Assembly: GCA_965263035.1 (NCBI GenBank)
Contig: OZ253580.1
Coordinates: 3,040,001-3,104,000 of the forward strand
DNA length: 64,000 nucleotides
Direction of reading: 5' to 3'
Source of the DNA: Acidobacteriota bacterium
GTDB taxonomy: Bacteria; Acidobacteriota; UBA6911; RPQK01; JAJDTT01
Positions 60,426 to 64,000 of the stretch are shown here, in pieces (the first letter of the stretch is position 1; every line of letters starts with the position of its first letter). The notes below the pieces were generated by a model. It was not told where the DNA came from, did no database searches, and was given only the letters and a program-made list of their open reading frames with translations. The position numbers and the translations under genes were made by a program.

Positions 60426-60503
60426 GGGGCCGTAGTTCAGATTGGTTAGAACGCCGGCCTGTCACGCCGGAGGTCGCGAGTTCGAGTCTCGTCGGTCCCG
60501 CCA
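60426..60503 (+). tRNA. tRNA-Asp (GTC)
   Basis: Acceptor stem GGGGCCG/CGGTCCC, anticodon loop CTGTCAC, T loop GTTCGAGTC, encoded CCA. Confidence 0.97.
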
Positions 60504-60538
60504 ATCCCGTCACATTCCCCTTGACACCGGCGACGAGC

Positions 60539-61879
60539 ATGGGGCAACCCCTCCACTCTCCCACCCGAGTCCGTTGGCTGGTCTTCGGCTTGGCCTCCGC
60601 CTCGTCGTGGATGCTCTACCTGCACCGGTACACCTGGAATTTCATTGGACCCGAGCTGGAGCGGACCCACGGCCTCTCCAAGGCCGAGTTGGGCACTCTC
60701 TTCTCTTTCTTCATCCCGCCCTACGGGTTCCTGCAGATTCCCAGCGGCATCTTGAGCGATCTGGCCGGTCCACATCTCTTTCTGGGATTGATCATGATCC
60801 TCTGGTCTTTGGCGCTTCCCCTGCATGCCGTGGCCGGCAGCTTCTCTTCGCTGGCCGTCGTCCGTGTTCTCTTCGGCATCTTCCAGGCCGGCTGCTATCC
60901 CAATCTGGCCAAGGTCACCCAGGTCTGGTTTCCCCGCAGCCGGCGCACCGTCATCCAAGGTTGGGTGGCCACCTTCTTCGGCCGGGGAGGAGGGGCCGTG
61001 TCCCCCATCCTCTTCGGAACCCTGCTCATCGGCTACTGTGGCTTCTCGTGGCAATCCGCATTGGTGTTGTTGGGAGGAGGAGGGGTTTTCCTGGGTGTCC
61101 TCTTCCTGCTGCTGTTTCGCAATTCGCCGGAGGGGGACCGGAGGACCAACCAGGCGGAACGGGATCTGATCCGGGAAGGATCGCTGACACCGGCCCCCAA
61201 GAGTTCCCGATTGCTGCCCTGGCGTCGGGTCGCCCGCAATCGGAGCATGCGCTATTTCGTCCTGGGCCAGATCATGAGCGCGGCCGCCGACACCATCTAC
61301 GTTTCGTTCATGGGAGATTATTTCCTGAACGCCAAGGGGATCGAGATGATCCAGGCAGGTGTGCTGGTGAGCTTGCCCCTGTGGGGAGGAGCCGTGGGAG
61401 GCCTGGTGGGAGGCTATTGCAACGACTGGGCCATCCAGTGGAGCGGAAGCCGGCGTTGGGGCCGGAGCGTCGTCGGTTTCACCGGAAAGTTCCTGGCCTG
61501 CCTGCTGATGCTGTTGACCGTCCGTCAGGAGAGCGCGGTGGCAGCGGGGATCTCCCTGTTCGCGGTCAAGTTCTTCACCGACTGGAGCCAACCGACAGTG
61601 TGGGGAACCTGCACCGATCTGGGAGGAAGATACTCGGCGACTCTCTTCGGAATCATCAACACCTCGGGCAGCGCCGGAGGCGTCCTCGCACCCCCGCTCT
61701 TCGGTCTGATCCTGGATTACAATACGGCCCGGCAATGGGTGGACGGCGCGTGGGTCCAAACCACCGACTACAAACCCCTCTTCGTCGTCGTAGCCGCCCT
61801 GTATCTGGTCAGCGCACTGTCCTGGTTTTTTATCGACTGCACGGAGTCCGTGGAAACGGAGCTTGAACCGGAGCAGTAG
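60539..61879 (+). CDS. MFS transporter (anion:cation symporter-like)
   Basis: QIPSGILSD.AG, RVLFGIFQAG.YP, WFP, about 12 TM helices. Confidence 0.92.
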   Translation: MGQPLHSPTRVRWLVFGLASASSWMLYLHRYTWNFIGPELERTHGLSKAELGTLFSFFIPPYGFLQIPSGILSDLAGPHLFLGLIMILWSLALPLHAVAGSFSSLAVVRVLFGIFQAGCYPNLAKVTQVWFPRSRRTVIQGWVATFFGRGGGAVSPILFGTLLIGYCGFSWQSALVLLGGGGVFLGVLFLLLFRNSPEGDRRTNQAERDLIREGSLTPAPKSSRLLPWRRVARNRSMRYFVLGQIMSAAADTIYVSFMGDYFLNAKGIEMIQAGVLVSLPLWGGAVGGLVGGYCNDWAIQWSGSRRWGRSVVGFTGKFLACLLMLLTVRQESAVAAGISLFAVKFFTDWSQPTVWGTCTDLGGRYSATLFGIINTSGSAGGVLAPPLFGLILDYNTARQWVDGAWVQTTDYKPLFVVVAALYLVSALSWFFIDCTESVETELEPEQ

Positions 61880-61906
61880 ACGCCGCAACTACCGTAGAGG
61901 AAGAGA

Positions 61907-62887
61907 TCAGAGCTCGGCCCAGATCCCGAATTCTTCCTCGGCTGCCAGGTCGTAGATGCGTCGGGCGACGGCCGCGTCCTGGATAGCCATTCCGGTCCCG
62001 TCGAAAAGGGTGATCTGGTCTTCGGAAGTGCGGCCGGGAATAGTGCCGTTGATCACCTGGCCCAGAGTTCCCCTGATATCGTCCCGGTCGATATGGCCTT
62101 TTTCCAGCGGCTCCGAGACCTCGCCCAAGTGGCAGATCTGCTCGATGTGATCGCCGAAGATGGTGCACCGTGCATGTACGCCATTGGCCAATTCCTGTTT
62201 CCAGGCCTGATCGGCCCCCATGCACGACAGGTGGGTTCCGGGTCTCAACCATTCGTTCTGAACGATGGGGACGGTGGTATTGGTGCAGGTAATGATGACG
62301 TCGCTCGTCGTGACCAGCTCCTGCGGGTGGCGGACCGGCTCCACCGGTCGGCCCAGATCCTCGGAAAGCTCGGCGACGTAGTTCTCTAGAACCTTGGGAA
62401 AGGAGTCGTAGACCCGGATCTCCTTGAAGGACCGGACCTGAACCGCGGCTCGCAGGGCGTGCCTCCCCTGGAATCCGGCTCCCAGGATCCCCAGCGTCCG
62501 GACGTCGGTCCGGGCCAGGTGCTTGACGGCGACCGCGGCCGCGGCTCCGGTTCTGAGCCCGGTCACCCAGGAACCGTCCATCAGGGCCAGAGGCTTTCCC
62601 GTGTCGGGATCGAATAGCGAGATCTGGGAGAGAATGTTGGGCAGGTTCCGCTTGGGGTTCTCTTCCCGGCCCTGTCCCAGTTTCATGGCCAGCACGTCCA
62701 GGTCCGGGAGCATGCTGGCCATGCAGGCGCTGATGCCGCCCGGGACCTGGAAAATGAGTTTTTTGGGAAGGATGTCGTTCCCCTTCTCATGATTGGCGAA
62801 GGCCTGCTCCACCATGTCGATGGACTCCTGGATGCTGAATCGTGAGATGATCTCTTTCTGGCTGATGATCAGAATCGGGTAAGCCAC
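61907..62887 (-). CDS. ornithine cyclodeaminase/mu-crystallin family (alanine dehydrogenase-like)
   Basis: TGLRTGAA, ILGAGFQG, GAD...KQEL, LFDGTGMAIQD; GTG start after AGGAGG. Confidence 0.9.
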   Translation of the reverse strand: MAYPILIISQKEIISRFSIQESIDMVEQAFANHEKGNDILPKKLIFQVPGGISACMASMLPDLDVLAMKLGQGREENPKRNLPNILSQISLFDPDTGKPLALMDGSWVTGLRTGAAAAVAVKHLARTDVRTLGILGAGFQGRHALRAAVQVRSFKEIRVYDSFPKVLENYVAELSEDLGRPVEPVRHPQELVTTSDVIITCTNTTVPIVQNEWLRPGTHLSCMGADQAWKQELANGVHARCTIFGDHIEQICHLGEVSEPLEKGHIDRDDIRGTLGQVINGTIPGRTSEDQITLFDGTGMAIQDAAVARRIYDLAAEEEFGIWAEL

Positions 62888-64000
62888 TGTCGTATCCTCC
62901 TGAGTCCCTCCCGGATGGTGTCCGGACCCACCGCGTATGAAATTCTGAAGGCCCGGCGGCAAGACTCGCCGAAGCCGGTTCCGGGAATGCAACAGACTCG
63001 CGCCTCCTCCAGGAGACGCAGGCAAAACGTATCCGCATCCAGGTCCAGATCGAATCTGGGAAAGATGTAGAAGGCCCCTCCCGGGGTGTAGCTGGAGAGA
63101 TGCGGTATGTCTCGAAGCAGGTCCAGGGCCAGATTGCGCCGTTCCCGGTACTCGGAAACCATGGGGGGGATAAAGGTCTGGTCTCCGGTCAGCGCCTCGA
63201 TGCCGGCCCATTGGCCCGGCGTGTTGGCCACGGTGGTGGTAAAAGTGTGGAGCTTTTGCAGGAGCCGCCAATTGGAATGGCCCGTCACGACCCAGCCGAC
63301 TCGGATGCCGGTCATGGCGTAGGTCTTGGACAAGCTGTGGAACACGAAGAGACGGTCTCGGTCGGGCTCCAGCGCCAGCATGGAGGGGTAACTCCCCTCA
63401 TGGTCGTAGACCAGTTGTTCATAGACTTCGTCCGAGCCCAGCAACAGGCCATGTCTGCGCGCCACGGCGGCCAGCTCGCGGAGGACCTCCACCGGATAGG
63501 TCGACCCTGTGGGATTGCAAGGGGAGTTGACCAGGATCATTCTGGTCCGGGGTGTGACGGCGGCTTCGACTGCGCCGGGATCCGGAATGTATCCGTCTTC
63601 GACGCGGGTCACCACGGCAACGGGTTCCCCTCCGATCATCCGGATGAAGGGAGCATAAACCACGAAAGCCGGTTCCAGCAGGATGACCTCATCGCCTGGA
63701 CTGATGAAGGCTTGAAGTGTCAGGGTGATGGCCTCCACCGCGCCGTCAGTGACGAGGATTTCTTCGGGATGGACCTGAACGCCCTGGGTTCTCTCGTAGT
63801 AGCCGCCGATGGCTTCTCTGAATTCGGGGACGCCCGAGTCCAGGGCGTAGCGAGTCTTGCCCTCGTGAAGAGCCTTCACCATGGCCGCGATGACCGGAGC
63901 GGGAGTGGAAAAATCCGGTTGTCCGATGGAGAGATGGACCACGTCTTCCTTTCCCGCAGCCTCGTTGAACATCATGCGGATACTGGAAGGTGGAAGATCG
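62869..64000 (-). CDS. class I/II PLP aminotransferase, 5' end off the window
   Basis: IGQPDF, NSPCNPTG, SDEVYE, SLSKTYAMTGIRVGW, GAFYIF; the frame is open to the window edge. Confidence 0.92.
   Translation of the reverse strand, partial: DLPPSSIRMMFNEAAGKEDVVHLSIGQPDFSTPAPVIAAMVKALHEGKTRYALDSGVPEFREAIGGYYERTQGVQVHPEEILVTDGAVEAITLTLQAFISPGDEVILLEPAFVVYAPFIRMIGGEPVAVVTRVEDGYIPDPGAVEAAVTPRTRMILVNSPCNPTGSTYPVEVLRELAAVARRHGLLLGSDEVYEQLVYDHEGSYPSMLALEPDRDRLFVFHSLSKTYAMTGIRVGWVVTGHSNWRLLQKLHTFTTTVANTPGQWAGIEALTGDQTFIPPMVSEYRERRNLALDLLRDIPHLSSYTPGGAFYIFPRFDLDLDADTFCLRLLEEARVCCIPGTGFGESCRRAFRISYAVGPDTIREGLRRIRQWLTRF

Overview
GC-rich bacterial chromosome segment. The gene repertoire (DUF1080, DUF5916, PD40-M28-PDZ, NHL, many TA pairs) resembles Acidobacteria/PVC-type organisms, which is inference only. 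It carries about 55 CDS, tRNA-Phe(GAA) and tRNA-Asp(GTC). The backbone includes a cysteine desulfurase, Hsp20, threonine synthase, SOD, gnd and gluconokinase, a glucuronokinase-like/GalU pair, a sigma54-linked Cus/CopA copper locus, TPM-NTase-LemA and TrmI. The most unusual structure lies in accessory DNA. (1) A 25-bp motif, GAAARNAAGTGACTKTCCCCTTCTS, occurs four times in one orientation, each time at a junction that truncates a gene or opens a cargo segment (TA/defence mosaic at 2.5-6.3 kb and a cassette at 9.25-10.7 kb). (2) That 1.5-kb cassette encodes a proteasome-beta-like Ntn hydrolase, a putative antitoxin and RelE. It is flanked by a 392-bp direct repeat that is about 83% identical over the part counted, with mostly synonymous differences. 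(3) One inverted REP doublet (REPIN) at 26.86-30.03 kb has been invaded by two different ORF-less group II introns whose exon-binding sites are complementary to the REP. The second intron is interrupted by an unusually long IS3 element. No CRISPR array, rRNA, integrase or reverse transcriptase was seen. All calls come from reading the sequence by eye and no database searches were run.
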